Below, piece by piece: positions 47,209 to 56,602 of a stretch of 64,000 nt of DNA. The notes beneath the pieces are model-generated. The model did no database searches and was not told the DNA's origin. It saw only the letters and a program-made list of their open reading frames with translations. The position numbers were made by a program, and so were the translations under genes. Origin of the DNA: a virus. Each line of letters opens with the position of its first letter. The stretch's first letter is position 1. The stretch spans positions 32,001 to 96,000 of the IMG/VR virus record IMGVR_UViG_3300023174_003623. The stretch is one strand, 5' to 3'.

Positions 47209-48786
47209 ATGGCTAATAATACCATACAAATAAAACGAAGTTCTACTGTAGCTTCGCCACCAATATTAGCAAATGGTGAATTAGCATATTCATCTGCTAT
47301 TCATGTTCTTTATATTGGCAGTCCAACAGCAACAAATACCCCAATTCCAATTGGTGGTATAAGATCTCCCGGTACACTTACGGCTAACCAAGCAATTGTA
47401 GTAGATGCTTCGAGTTTTATTGATACTATAAAAGTAAGTGGTCAAGCAACAATGAACGTTATTGTTGCAAACGGAGCACTCGGTACTGCTGGTAGAGTTT
47501 TAACATCAAATGCTACTGGTGGCATTTTTTGGTCAACACCTTCTGCTTCCGCCACAGCATCAGGTTCAGATACACAAGTACAGTTTAACGACGGTGGTAC
47601 TGCATTTGGTGCTACGGCTGGTTTTACTTTCAATAAAGTGACAAATAATATTAGCGTTGGTAATACTCTTATTGTTCCAACTGTTAATGCTACATCGAAT
47701 TTGGCAGTAGGGTTATATGGTACAACAAATGGCGTAAATATTCAAAACACCGCGATACTTGTAGGTAATACTGCTGCATACGCTAACTTAACATTTGGTG
47801 TACTTTCCATAGTTAATGCAACAAGTACAGCAAATTTAACACCATTAGCATTAACTATTGGTACAGCAGTTGCCAACAGTACAGGATTTGTTGTAGGCCC
47901 ATTTGGTGTTACTAACGGTACAAATATCACTACAACCTCTATATTAACTGGTAACTCTACTGCTAATGCTACACATGCATATAATTTAATTCAAGTAACT
48001 AATGCAACAAGTACTGCAAATTTAACACCATTAGCATTAACTATTGGTACATTACTTGCTAATAGTACTTTTGTCAATCTTGGAACAGTAGGTACAACGA
48101 ATGGCACATCAATTGGCGTAAGTACATTTTCAATAGGTAACTCTACCGCAAACGTTACTGCAACAGGAGCAACTCTTACTTCAGATTATGTTAATGTTAG
48201 AAGAGATTTAGCAGTTTCTGGTAATTTAAGTGTAACCGGTGCTCTTGTTACAATTGATGTGAGCAATATAAACATTAGAGATCCATTAATTAAATTAGCG
48301 AAAGATAATACTACTACCGCTGATAATATTGATATTGGTTTATATGGTGTTTATACTAATACAACAGCAGGATATTTTACTGCTCTTTATAGAGATAATA
48401 CATCCAAAAATTGGAAACTAGTCGATAGTATTGCATCTGGTTCAGAACCTACTACTACTGTTACTGGTGGAACACAAGCATTATTGCAAGCGTATATAAA
48501 TGCTGGCGGGTTAATTTCTAATAGTACAGTAGTTAATATCACTGCTACACCTTCTATAAGTTCTGCGATTGTTGCTAATACTTTATCATTGACCACTGCT
48601 CTTCCAGCAACATCAGGTGGTACTGGACTAAATACATACGCTGCTGGTGATATAGCTTATGCTGGTTCTCTTAATCCCACAGCTTTAACAAAATTAACAA
48701 TCCCCGCTTCTGCTGCTAATGGACAAGTTCTTCAGATAAAAAACAATCTTCCAGCATATGACACATTAGATGGAGGCACTTTCTAA
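47209..48786 (+). CDS. Tail fibre protein
   Basis: IQIKRS....P..L..GELAY N-terminus, QVQFND, DPLI.L, DIG.YG; ends LDGGTF. Confidence 0.8.
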   Translation: MANNTIQIKRSSTVASPPILANGELAYSSAIHVLYIGSPTATNTPIPIGGIRSPGTLTANQAIVVDASSFIDTIKVSGQATMNVIVANGALGTAGRVLTSNATGGIFWSTPSASATASGSDTQVQFNDGGTAFGATAGFTFNKVTNNISVGNTLIVPTVNATSNLAVGLYGTTNGVNIQNTAILVGNTAAYANLTFGVLSIVNATSTANLTPLALTIGTAVANSTGFVVGPFGVTNGTNITTTSILTGNSTANATHAYNLIQVTNATSTANLTPLALTIGTLLANSTFVNLGTVGTTNGTSIGVSTFSIGNSTANVTATGATLTSDYVNVRRDLAVSGNLSVTGALVTIDVSNINIRDPLIKLAKDNTTTADNIDIGLYGVYTNTTAGYFTALYRDNTSKNWKLVDSIASGSEPTTTVTGGTQALLQAYINAGGLISNSTVVNITATPSISSAIVANTLSLTTALPATSGGTGLNTYAAGDIAYAGSLNPTALTKLTIPASAANGQVLQIKNNLPAYDTLDGGTF

Positions 48787-48797
48787 GGTAAATAAAT

Positions 48798-49016
48798 ATG
48801 GATATGAATAGTGAATTTATTAATTTGTATATTGAACGAATGAAAGCGACATTAGATGAGTTTCTTGCTAAGAATATATTAGTAGAAACTCAACTAACTA
48901 TAGCTACACAACAAGTAAATGCGTTAACCAAGGAATTAATGGAAGCCAATTTAAAAATAGAACAGCTTTCTAAGAAAAAAGAAAAAGTACAAAAGACTGA
49001 AGAACATTCTTTTTAG
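48798..49016 (+). CDS. Small coiled-coil protein (possible fibre chaperone)
   Basis: 72 aa with heptad pattern. Confidence 0.65.
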   Translation: MDMNSEFINLYIERMKATLDEFLAKNILVETQLTIATQQVNALTKELMEANLKIEQLSKKKEKVQKTEEHSF

Positions 49017-49060
49017 TCTATAAACTTCCCTTGGTATATACCAATTAAATAGGGAGCCAC

Positions 49061-50398
49061 ATGGCAAATAATACATTTCAAATAAAAAGAACAACTATAT
49101 CTGGTCGTACACCAAATACAACTAGTTCTGCAAATAGTTCATATATTAATATTGGTGAATTAGCATTAAATCTTACGGATTCAATTCTTTATAGCGCCAA
49201 TTCCACTAGTGGTTTAATAACTGTCGGTTCAAATTTAACTTCCACTTCTATTGGTGGCGGTGCTCTAATTGCTAACTCCTCTAGAATTACTATTACGGGC
49301 GTTCCATTGTCTGCTAATGGTAGTGTTGGTACTCAAGGTCAAGTATTAGCGAGTAATGGTTCTACAGGATCTCCATATTGGAAAGACGACGCCACTGGCG
49401 GAGGTGGTGGTTCCCCCGGTGGATCTACTACACAAATTCAATTTAATGATGCTAGTGCATTTGGTGGTTCTGCTGGATTTACTTTTAATAAGACTACGAA
49501 TAACGTAACTATTGCTAATACGTTATTCGTGACTACTCGTGTTAATACCGCAACTTTAGATGTTACCAGTCGAGCAAACGTTGGCGCTAACGTTCAATTA
49601 TCTACAAGTAATTTATCCATAGCAAATAGCACATTTCGGGTTGATTTAACTGCAAAAACGTTAGTAATAGATAATTTAGCAGCCCAAGCAGCTATTGTAA
49701 ATTCAAGTATAATAAAAATAAACGGTCCCGGTGGCACATCTTCCTCAATGGATTCAAATACTTTTGGATTTGGTTTTGAAAGTTTTTGGACGTATGATGC
49801 TCCAAGCAGTGGAAGTACGCTTTATTTTACTAATGGAGGAGATGGCAGTTCAAATTTAGTGCCCAATGGTTTAACTCTTACTGCTTTAGATGGTTATGGC
49901 ACTCCTACTGGTAGTTATACTGTGTATAGTTCAGGAACTTATGGGAGCGCAATTGTTAGTTATTATGCAGAACCAGTCAGTTTATTTACTTATAATTTTG
50001 CTCTTGGTCCTACTAAATTATCTTTTAGTGCTGCATCTAGACCAAACTTGATAAATTTATATATTGATACTCCTGATGCTCCAACAGGAACATATAATAC
50101 TGGACAATTAGACTTATTTAAATATTCTGCAACAAATTTGAATAATAAAGATAAAGGTATGTCGGTTGTTTCTGATAGAATAACTGCATATACTTATGAC
50201 TCTGGTGGAGTATCTTCTACAGTTTATGAAGCAAATGGAAGTGGGTTTTATCATACTGGTACTGTAAATATTGGTAATTCAACTGTAAACTCAACGATAA
50301 ATTCAACAAGTTTTAAATTTTCAGATTCAACAACACAAACATCTGCTGCAACGCTTGGTATAATATATGCTACTGCGGCAGGTTTTGCTATGCCATAA
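49061..50398 (+). CDS. Tail fibre protein
   Basis: FQIKRT.....P......GELALNL.D..LY N-terminus; QIQFND linker; F.D.TTQT.A. Confidence 0.78.
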   Translation: MANNTFQIKRTTISGRTPNTTSSANSSYINIGELALNLTDSILYSANSTSGLITVGSNLTSTSIGGGALIANSSRITITGVPLSANGSVGTQGQVLASNGSTGSPYWKDDATGGGGGSPGGSTTQIQFNDASAFGGSAGFTFNKTTNNVTIANTLFVTTRVNTATLDVTSRANVGANVQLSTSNLSIANSTFRVDLTAKTLVIDNLAAQAAIVNSSIIKINGPGGTSSSMDSNTFGFGFESFWTYDAPSSGSTLYFTNGGDGSSNLVPNGLTLTALDGYGTPTGSYTVYSSGTYGSAIVSYYAEPVSLFTYNFALGPTKLSFSAASRPNLINLYIDTPDAPTGTYNTGQLDLFKYSATNLNNKDKGMSVVSDRITAYTYDSGGVSSTVYEANGSGFYHTGTVNIGNSTVNSTINSTSFKFSDSTTQTSAATLGIIYATAAGFAMP

Positions 50399-50410
50399 AG
50401 GAGATATACA

Positions 50411-51175
50411 ATGCCTAGTAATATTAGTCCAATTTATACAAGAGAAGGAGACATTCAAGGTGGCGTTTTACTACAAAACCTTGCAAATGATTACTCCGGT
50501 CAGAGTGCAAACACTGTTCCCGTTTTCACTGCGAATGCTACGAATGGTGGTTTCGTTCAACGTTTAAGATTTAAAGCTGCGAACTCAGTATCTACTGCTT
50601 CGGTTGTTCGTATATACATTAATGAAGGCGTTTTAAATTTAACAGGTCTCGGTGCTCAGCCAACTTCTGTCACTGGCGTAGCGAGTTCGACTGGTGGGAG
50701 TTTATCTAATGGTACTTTTTTTGCTAGAGTGCAAACTGTAGATCAATATGGCGGATTCGGCCCAATATCTACTGAATCTTCGGGCGTTACAGTTACTAGC
50801 GGTACAGGTGTTGGCAGTATAACATGGCAATGGACAGCTTCAGCAAACGTACAATCATATAGATTATTTGTCGGTCCAGTTACTGGTGGTGAATATACAA
50901 CTTTCAATGGAACAGCAGCCAATTCATATGTACAAACTACATCAAACGGCAGTGCAATTGGCACAGTTGAAGACTTCACTTATACTAATATGCTTATAGG
51001 TGAAGTTTCTTTACCTATTGTTACAGCATCAGCTACAGCAGCCACTACAGATATTGATTATCCATTAAATATTGCTCTTCCTCCGGGTTATAGAATTTTA
51101 GTTGGATTAAATTCAACAACAGGTTTTACTGGTGGTAATGGTTGGATTTGCACGACAATTGGAGGCAAATATTAA
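50411..51175 (+). CDS. Virion/fibre-associated protein
   Basis: 254 aa, PIYT..., V.RIYIN, L.GEV.LP, ALPPGY.I, GGKY; GGAG RBS. Confidence 0.65.
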   Translation: MPSNISPIYTREGDIQGGVLLQNLANDYSGQSANTVPVFTANATNGGFVQRLRFKAANSVSTASVVRIYINEGVLNLTGLGAQPTSVTGVASSTGGSLSNGTFFARVQTVDQYGGFGPISTESSGVTVTSGTGVGSITWQWTASANVQSYRLFVGPVTGGEYTTFNGTAANSYVQTTSNGSAIGTVEDFTYTNMLIGEVSLPIVTASATAATTDIDYPLNIALPPGYRILVGLNSTTGFTGGNGWICTTIGGKY

Positions 51176-52152
51176 TGTTAGATGTATTTCATGTACCGGA
51201 TAATCCAAAAACCAATCAGCAAATATTTGTTGGCACTTCCATGACAAATGGTACTAGTTGGGCAACATGGGTTAAACCGCGTGGAGTATCATTTGTTCAT
51301 ATTATAGCAATAGGAGGGGGCGGCGGAGGTGGCAGTGGAACATCTGGTGCAGTTTCAACTGCCGCTGGAGGTGGTGGTGGTGGTTCTGGAGCACAGTGTA
51401 ATTTTATCTATCCAGCATGGGCATTGCCTGATATTCTATATGTGTCTGCTGGAGCTGGAGGAAGAGGTGGCGCTGCTGCTGTAACTGCATCTGGTTCAGC
51501 AGGAACTCTTGGCATTAATTCATATGTGGCGTTTAATCCTAATATTAATCTTGTAGGAAATATTATAGCTCAAGGAAATGGTGGTGGTGCAGGTGGCGGC
51601 GGAACTGCTGGCGCAGCGGGTTCAGCAGGCGGCGCAGCGGGTGCAACTGCTATTGGTAATGCTTGGTTTGCTGGTGCCGGATTTCCTGCATTTGGAACAG
51701 CCGCTACAAATATTTCTTTAGCAGGAATGGCTGGTTCCGCTGGGGGCGGTGCTGTGGCTGGAGTTGCTACGACTTCGACTACGACGGGTTTGTTAGTTAC
51801 TGGTGGTTCTGGAGGAGCAGGGCTGGGCGCAGCAGCATCAACCGGATTTGCTGGAGGAGTTATAACTATGACGAATGTTATAGTTGCAAGTATCCCCGGT
51901 GGTACAGCCTCAGGTAGTGTAACTGGATCTGGAGGACAAGGTACAAATGGATATAGAGTAAATCCTAAATTTTTATTTTTCTTAGGCGGAACTGGAGGAG
52001 GGAGCAGCGGTGCAACTTCTGGTAATGGGGGTGACGGTGGTTCTGGTGCTAATGGATGTGGTGGTGGCGGAGGGGGCGGATGTATTACAGGTGGTACATC
52101 TGGTAGAGGTGGTAATGGCGGAGATGGTATCGTTATCATGACAGCATGGTAA
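51175..52152 (+). CDS. Glycine-rich adhesin-like protein, copy 1
   Basis: GGAGG RBS; W.KP.G...V.I..IGGGGGG, repeated poly-Gly motifs, GGNGGDG.V...W. Confidence 0.75.
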   Translation: MLDVFHVPDNPKTNQQIFVGTSMTNGTSWATWVKPRGVSFVHIIAIGGGGGGGSGTSGAVSTAAGGGGGGSGAQCNFIYPAWALPDILYVSAGAGGRGGAAAVTASGSAGTLGINSYVAFNPNINLVGNIIAQGNGGGAGGGGTAGAAGSAGGAAGATAIGNAWFAGAGFPAFGTAATNISLAGMAGSAGGGAVAGVATTSTTTGLLVTGGSGGAGLGAAASTGFAGGVITMTNVIVASIPGGTASGSVTGSGGQGTNGYRVNPKFLFFLGGTGGGSSGATSGNGGDGGSGANGCGGGGGGGCITGGTSGRGGNGGDGIVIMTAW

Positions 52153-52174
52153 TTTTCATAGGAGTCATATATTA

Positions 52175-53170
52175 ATGTTAGATGTATTTCATGTACCGGG
52201 TAATCCAAAAACCAATCAGCAAATATTTTATCCCAATAATCTAGCATCCGCTAGTGCTACTGCATTTCAAACATGGGTTAAACCGCGTGGAGTAAATTTT
52301 GTGCATATATTTGCATTAGGTGCTGGGGGAGGAGGTAGTAGTGGAGCAGTTGGATCAAATTCATTAGCTGGTGGAGGAGGTGGTGGTGCTTCTGGAGCAC
52401 AGTGTAATTTATTATATCCTGCATGGTTATTGCCTGATGTGCTTTATATTTCAGTCGGAGTTGGTGGAAGAGGCGGCGCTAGTAGAGTTTCAACACTCGG
52501 AGCTGGTAATGTAGGAACTAATGGAATAACCAGTCAGGTATTGTTATATCCAGATAGTTCGCTTGCAGGAAATTACATAGCACGAGCCAATTTTGGGAGT
52601 GGTTCAGCAACTGCTCCCACTAACGTTCCTGCTGGTGGTGTTGGTGGTGTCGCTGGCGCAGTCGCAGCTATTTCTAGTGCTTGGTTTGCAGGTTTATCTA
52701 TTGCTGGATGGGGCACGGCTGCTACAAATATTTCTTTAGCAGGGCAAACTGGAGCCACTGGAGGAACAACTTCGTTCCCTGTATCTTCATCGGCTCCAGC
52801 GACTGGATTATTAGTTACTTGTGGATCGGGTGGTGCTGGATTGGGTGCTGCCGGTTTAGTTGGAAGCAACGGTGGGAATATAAACAATGTAACTATTCTT
52901 CCCACTAATGTTCTCGGTGGTGTTGCATCAACATCGTTAACTGGGAATGGAGGTTCAGGAACTAATGGGTTTAGAGCAGATCCTAAGTTTTTATTTTTCT
53001 TAGGCGGAACTGGTGGTGCTAGTGGTGGCGGTAATGGCGGTAATGGCGGTAATGGCGGAGATGGTTATTATGGATGTGGTGGAGGTGGAGGTGGAGCCGC
53101 ATTAACAGGCTTTTCAAGTGGTGCCGGCGGTAATGGCGGAGATGGTATCGTTATCATGACAGCATGGTAA
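52175..53170 (+). CDS. Glycine-rich adhesin-like protein, copy 2
   Basis: Paralogue of 51175-52152 with near-identical termini. Confidence 0.75.
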   Translation: MLDVFHVPGNPKTNQQIFYPNNLASASATAFQTWVKPRGVNFVHIFALGAGGGGSSGAVGSNSLAGGGGGGASGAQCNLLYPAWLLPDVLYISVGVGGRGGASRVSTLGAGNVGTNGITSQVLLYPDSSLAGNYIARANFGSGSATAPTNVPAGGVGGVAGAVAAISSAWFAGLSIAGWGTAATNISLAGQTGATGGTTSFPVSSSAPATGLLVTCGSGGAGLGAAGLVGSNGGNINNVTILPTNVLGGVASTSLTGNGGSGTNGFRADPKFLFFLGGTGGASGGGNGGNGGNGGDGYYGCGGGGGGAALTGFSSGAGGNGGDGIVIMTAW

Positions 53171-53207
53171 AACATAAATAGAATAAACTATATTACCGGA
53201 GATATAA

Positions 53208-53948
53208 ATGGCTGCACCTACTACACGAGATCAATTTAAAGCCTATTGTCTTAGACGATTAGGTGCTCCAGTCATTGAAATTAATGTAGACGACGATCAA
53301 GTAGAAGATCGTGTAGATGATGCTTTGCGTTATTATTGGGACTATCATTTTGATGGTACTGATAAAGTTTATTATAAACACTTAGTTACTGAAACTGATA
53401 GAACTAATAAGTATATTACTATACCTGAAAATATTATTGGTGCAATTAATGTTTTTCCAATTGCAGATCCATCAATTCGTTCAGATGATCTTTTCAATAT
53501 TCGATATCAAATTGCTTTAAATGATTTGTATACACTTACCTCTGTATCAATGGTTCCATATTATATGGTCATGGAGCATCTTTCTTTAATTGCAGAGATG
53601 TTAGTCGGAAAACAACTTATCCGTTATAATCGTCATAAGAATCGTCTTTATGTCGATATGGATTGGAATTCTATCTCAAATGAATATCTTCTTATTGAAG
53701 CATATGAAGTTGTAGATCCCACAACTTATGTGGATGTTTGGAAAGATCAATGGCTAATGAGATATGCTACTGCTTTAATTAAACGCCAATGGGGTTCTAA
53801 TTTAACTAAGTTTGTAGGAATGCAACTTCCCGGTGGTCTAACATTTAACGGTGAAAAAATTTATAACGATGCTGTAGCCGAAATACAAGATTTAGAAGAT
53901 AAGATGATTTCGAGTTATTCATTGCCGGTTATGGATATGGTAGGCTAG
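53208..53948 (+). CDS. 13: gp13 neck protein
   Basis: YCLRRLG.PVIEINVDDDQ.EDR, Y.TALIK.QWG.NL.KF....LPGG...NG. Confidence 0.95.
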   Translation: MAAPTTRDQFKAYCLRRLGAPVIEINVDDDQVEDRVDDALRYYWDYHFDGTDKVYYKHLVTETDRTNKYITIPENIIGAINVFPIADPSIRSDDLFNIRYQIALNDLYTLTSVSMVPYYMVMEHLSLIAEMLVGKQLIRYNRHKNRLYVDMDWNSISNEYLLIEAYEVVDPTTYVDVWKDQWLMRYATALIKRQWGSNLTKFVGMQLPGGLTFNGEKIYNDAVAEIQDLEDKMISSYSLPVMDMVG

Positions 53949-53959
53949 TTACCCCATTT

Positions 53960-53992
53960 TATAAATACTCTAAAACAATAGGAGTATTTGTA
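53960..53992 (+). promoter_or_regulatory. Late promoter inside an RBS-sequestering hairpin
   Basis: TATAAATACTC (53960-53970) pairs with GAGTATTTGTA (53982-53992), covering the RBS and the A of ATG. Confidence 0.8.
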
Positions 53993-54666
53993 TGGAAAAA
54001 TATGGATTTGTATATATTTGGAGAGATCGTAAACATAATAGATATTATATAGGATCTCATTGGGGAACTGAATGCGATGGATATGTTTGTAGTTCTAAAT
54101 GGATGAATAAATCTTATAATAGAAGACCCAAAGATTTTAAAAGAAAAATTTTAGTTAAAATATATTCGTCTAAAAATGAATTATTAGAACAAGAATATAG
54201 GTGGCTTTCATTAATATCAGATGAGGAATTAGGTAAAAAATATTACAATTTTACTAAACATAAAAATGGACATTGGACAGCAGAAGATTATGAAAAAGAT
54301 ATAAGAAGAAGGATATCTCTTAAAACCAAAGAAGCAATGCAAAGACCAGAAGTTCGGCAGAAATATGAAGAAGGTTTAAAGACGAGAGATTGTCGTTCTT
54401 CAGATCTAGAAGTACGGGCAAAAAGAAGCTCATCTATGAAAGGTAAGAATAGAGGAGTTTTAAATAAATTGGAATCGTTATCAAAAGCATGGGAAACTAA
54501 TCGCGGAAAATCTTTATCACAAGATCACAAAGATAAAATCAAATCTGCTGGAATGTTTACGCAACTAAATAATAAACGTGTTACATGTACAGTATGTGGG
54601 TTTGAAGGTAATCCGGGTAATATTGGAAGATACCACAATAACAAATGTAAGAAAAGTATAAAATAA
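53992..54666 (+). mobile_element. Free-standing GIY-YIG (Seg-like) homing endonuclease gene between 13 and 14
   Basis: GFVYIW..YYIGSH.G...DGY..SS, F.R.IL, E...L, YYN; NUMOD3-like GK.LS..HK.KI; C-terminal C..C...H...C. Confidence 0.85.
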
Positions 54667-55398
54667 ATGTGCCCTACCAGCGTTTTCTTCAATAACTTCG
54701 CAAGTTCTATGGAACAGAACTTGATTGAAAATTTGATTATCGAGTCAATTCGTATACATGGTCACGACATTTATTATATCCCAAGAGTATTGAAAAATAA
54801 AGATGAAATTTATGGAGAAGATAGTATCTCGGAATATAATGCCTCATATTTTGTTGAAGTTTATATTAAAGATATATCTGGATTTCAAGGTGAAGGCGAT
54901 TTTTTATCTAAATTTAATCTTCAAATTAGAGACCAAATAACATTTACTATAGCTCGTAGAACATTCTTTGATGAAATCTCCAGTTCTGATGAAATTGCCA
55001 GACCCCGTGAAGGAGATCTCATTTATCTCCCATTAAATAAAAAAATATTTGTAATTAAATTTGTTGAGCATGAATCAATTTTTTATCAATTAGGCGCACT
55101 ACAAACATTTGACATGATCTGTGAACTTTGGGAATACTCTAACGAAATTCTTAATACGGGTATTACAGAAATTGATTCTAAACAAAAACTATATTCTTTT
55201 GATTTTTCAAATTACAATCTATTAACTCAAGATTTATTTGCGATTCAAGATGAAGATGGTTATGATATTATTCAAGAGCAATTTGATTTTGTGACTCAAG
55301 TGGGTGATGCTTTTGAGGATAATACAGAACTTGAATTAGAAGCAGATGAGGTAATCGATTTTACAGCAATAGACCCCTTTAGTGAAGGTAATTATTAA
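54667..55398 (+). CDS. 14: gp14 neck protein
   Basis: EQ.L.E.L..ESI...G...YY.PR, FLSKF...IRD, RP.EGDLIY.P, FYQLG, DPF.E. Confidence 0.93.
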   Translation: MCPTSVFFNNFASSMEQNLIENLIIESIRIHGHDIYYIPRVLKNKDEIYGEDSISEYNASYFVEVYIKDISGFQGEGDFLSKFNLQIRDQITFTIARRTFFDEISSSDEIARPREGDLIYLPLNKKIFVIKFVEHESIFYQLGALQTFDMICELWEYSNEILNTGITEIDSKQKLYSFDFSNYNLLTQDLFAIQDEDGYDIIQEQFDFVTQVGDAFEDNTELELEADEVIDFTAIDPFSEGNY

Positions 55399-55400
55399 TA

Positions 55401-56237
55401 ATGTTTAATACTTTTTATCACGGCACAATAAGAAAGTATATTGTTGCTTTCGGAACTCTTTTTAATGACATTTATATTAATCGTGTAAATTCCGATGATG
55501 AAAATGTTCAAACAATGAAAGTACCATTATCCTATGGGCCAAAGGAAAAGTTTTTATCACGATTAGATGGAGATCCCGAATTAAATAGACCAGTTGCTAT
55601 AGTTCTCCCTAGAATGGCTTTTGAATTGGTTACTATATCATATGATCCTGAAAGAAAATTAAATACACTCAATCGAAGTATTTCACAGAGCACGAATGAT
55701 ACAACTCAGTCATCATACCAATATCAATCTGTTCCTTATAATTTTGGAATTACTTTAGATATAATGACAAAAAACGCAGATGATGCAACTAGAATAGTAG
55801 AACAAATACTTCCATATTTTACACCTCAATGGACATTTAGTATTAACTTGATACCTGAATTAGCCGTACAAGTAGACGTACCTGTAATTTTAAATACAAC
55901 AAGTTTACAAGATACTTATGAAGGTGATTATCTCAACCGTAGAGCTATTGTTTGGTCTCTTGGATTTACGATAAAAGGGTATCTATTTGGTCCCACTAAA
56001 AAAGGTGGGATTATTAAAAGAGCATATACTAATTTTTATATACCTTCTACAAATACTGCCAGTGAAGGTGTAGGAAATACTGCGATATCTGAAAGAACTA
56101 CAATAACACCCGGACTTTTGGCAAATGGCTCTCCAACTTCAAACTCAAGTCAATCAATAGATATTTCTCTTATTGATGCTAATGATGATTACGGATATAT
56201 AGTAGAATTTGATAGTATTTCGGATATCATCGTATGA
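55401..56237 (+). CDS. 15: gp15 tail terminator
   Basis: FYH..IRKY..AFGTLFN.I, VPL.YGPK.KF, LPRM.FE, QILPYF.P. Confidence 0.95.
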   Translation: MFNTFYHGTIRKYIVAFGTLFNDIYINRVNSDDENVQTMKVPLSYGPKEKFLSRLDGDPELNRPVAIVLPRMAFELVTISYDPERKLNTLNRSISQSTNDTTQSSYQYQSVPYNFGITLDIMTKNADDATRIVEQILPYFTPQWTFSINLIPELAVQVDVPVILNTTSLQDTYEGDYLNRRAIVWSLGFTIKGYLFGPTKKGGIIKRAYTNFYIPSTNTASEGVGNTAISERTTITPGLLANGSPTSNSSQSIDISLIDANDDYGYIVEFDSISDIIV

Positions 56238-56599
56238 AATCAGATAAAATTATATCAAACGCTTTAGATATTGAAGAGTTTGAAGAATGCTCAACAGTTA
56301 TTCGTCAAACTGAAGAAGATGATTATGAATTTGCTCGTAGAAATCTTAAAGAACTTTTAATTAAAGGTTCTCTTGCTCTTGATAAAATGATTGAAGTGGC
56401 AGACCTATCTCAACATCCTCGTAGTTATGAGGTTGTATCTACCTTAATAAATTCCTTGTCTGCTTCAAATAAAGATCTTTTAGAATTAACTGTCAAGAAA
56501 AAAAGAATTGAAAAATCAGATAATAAAGAACAAACTGTTAATAATAATCTATTCATAGGATCTACTGCGGAGCTTCAGAAACTTTTGAAAGGCGAATAA
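56234..56599 (+). CDS. 16: gp16 terminase small subunit
   Basis: DYE..R.NL, HPR.YEV, NNLF.GSTAELQK.L. Confidence 0.93.
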   Translation: MKSDKIISNALDIEEFEECSTVIRQTEEDDYEFARRNLKELLIKGSLALDKMIEVADLSQHPRSYEVVSTLINSLSASNKDLLELTVKKKRIEKSDNKEQTVNNNLFIGSTAELQKLLKGE

Positions 56600-56602
56600 A
56601 AT

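Noticed and set aside
51570-52905. Pro-rich antisense ORFs
   Set aside because: Reverse complement of the poly-Gly codons
47209-53170. Diversity-generating retroelement acting on fibre or adhesin genes
   Set aside because: No reverse transcriptase in the window, and paralogue differences include indels and are not confined to adenines
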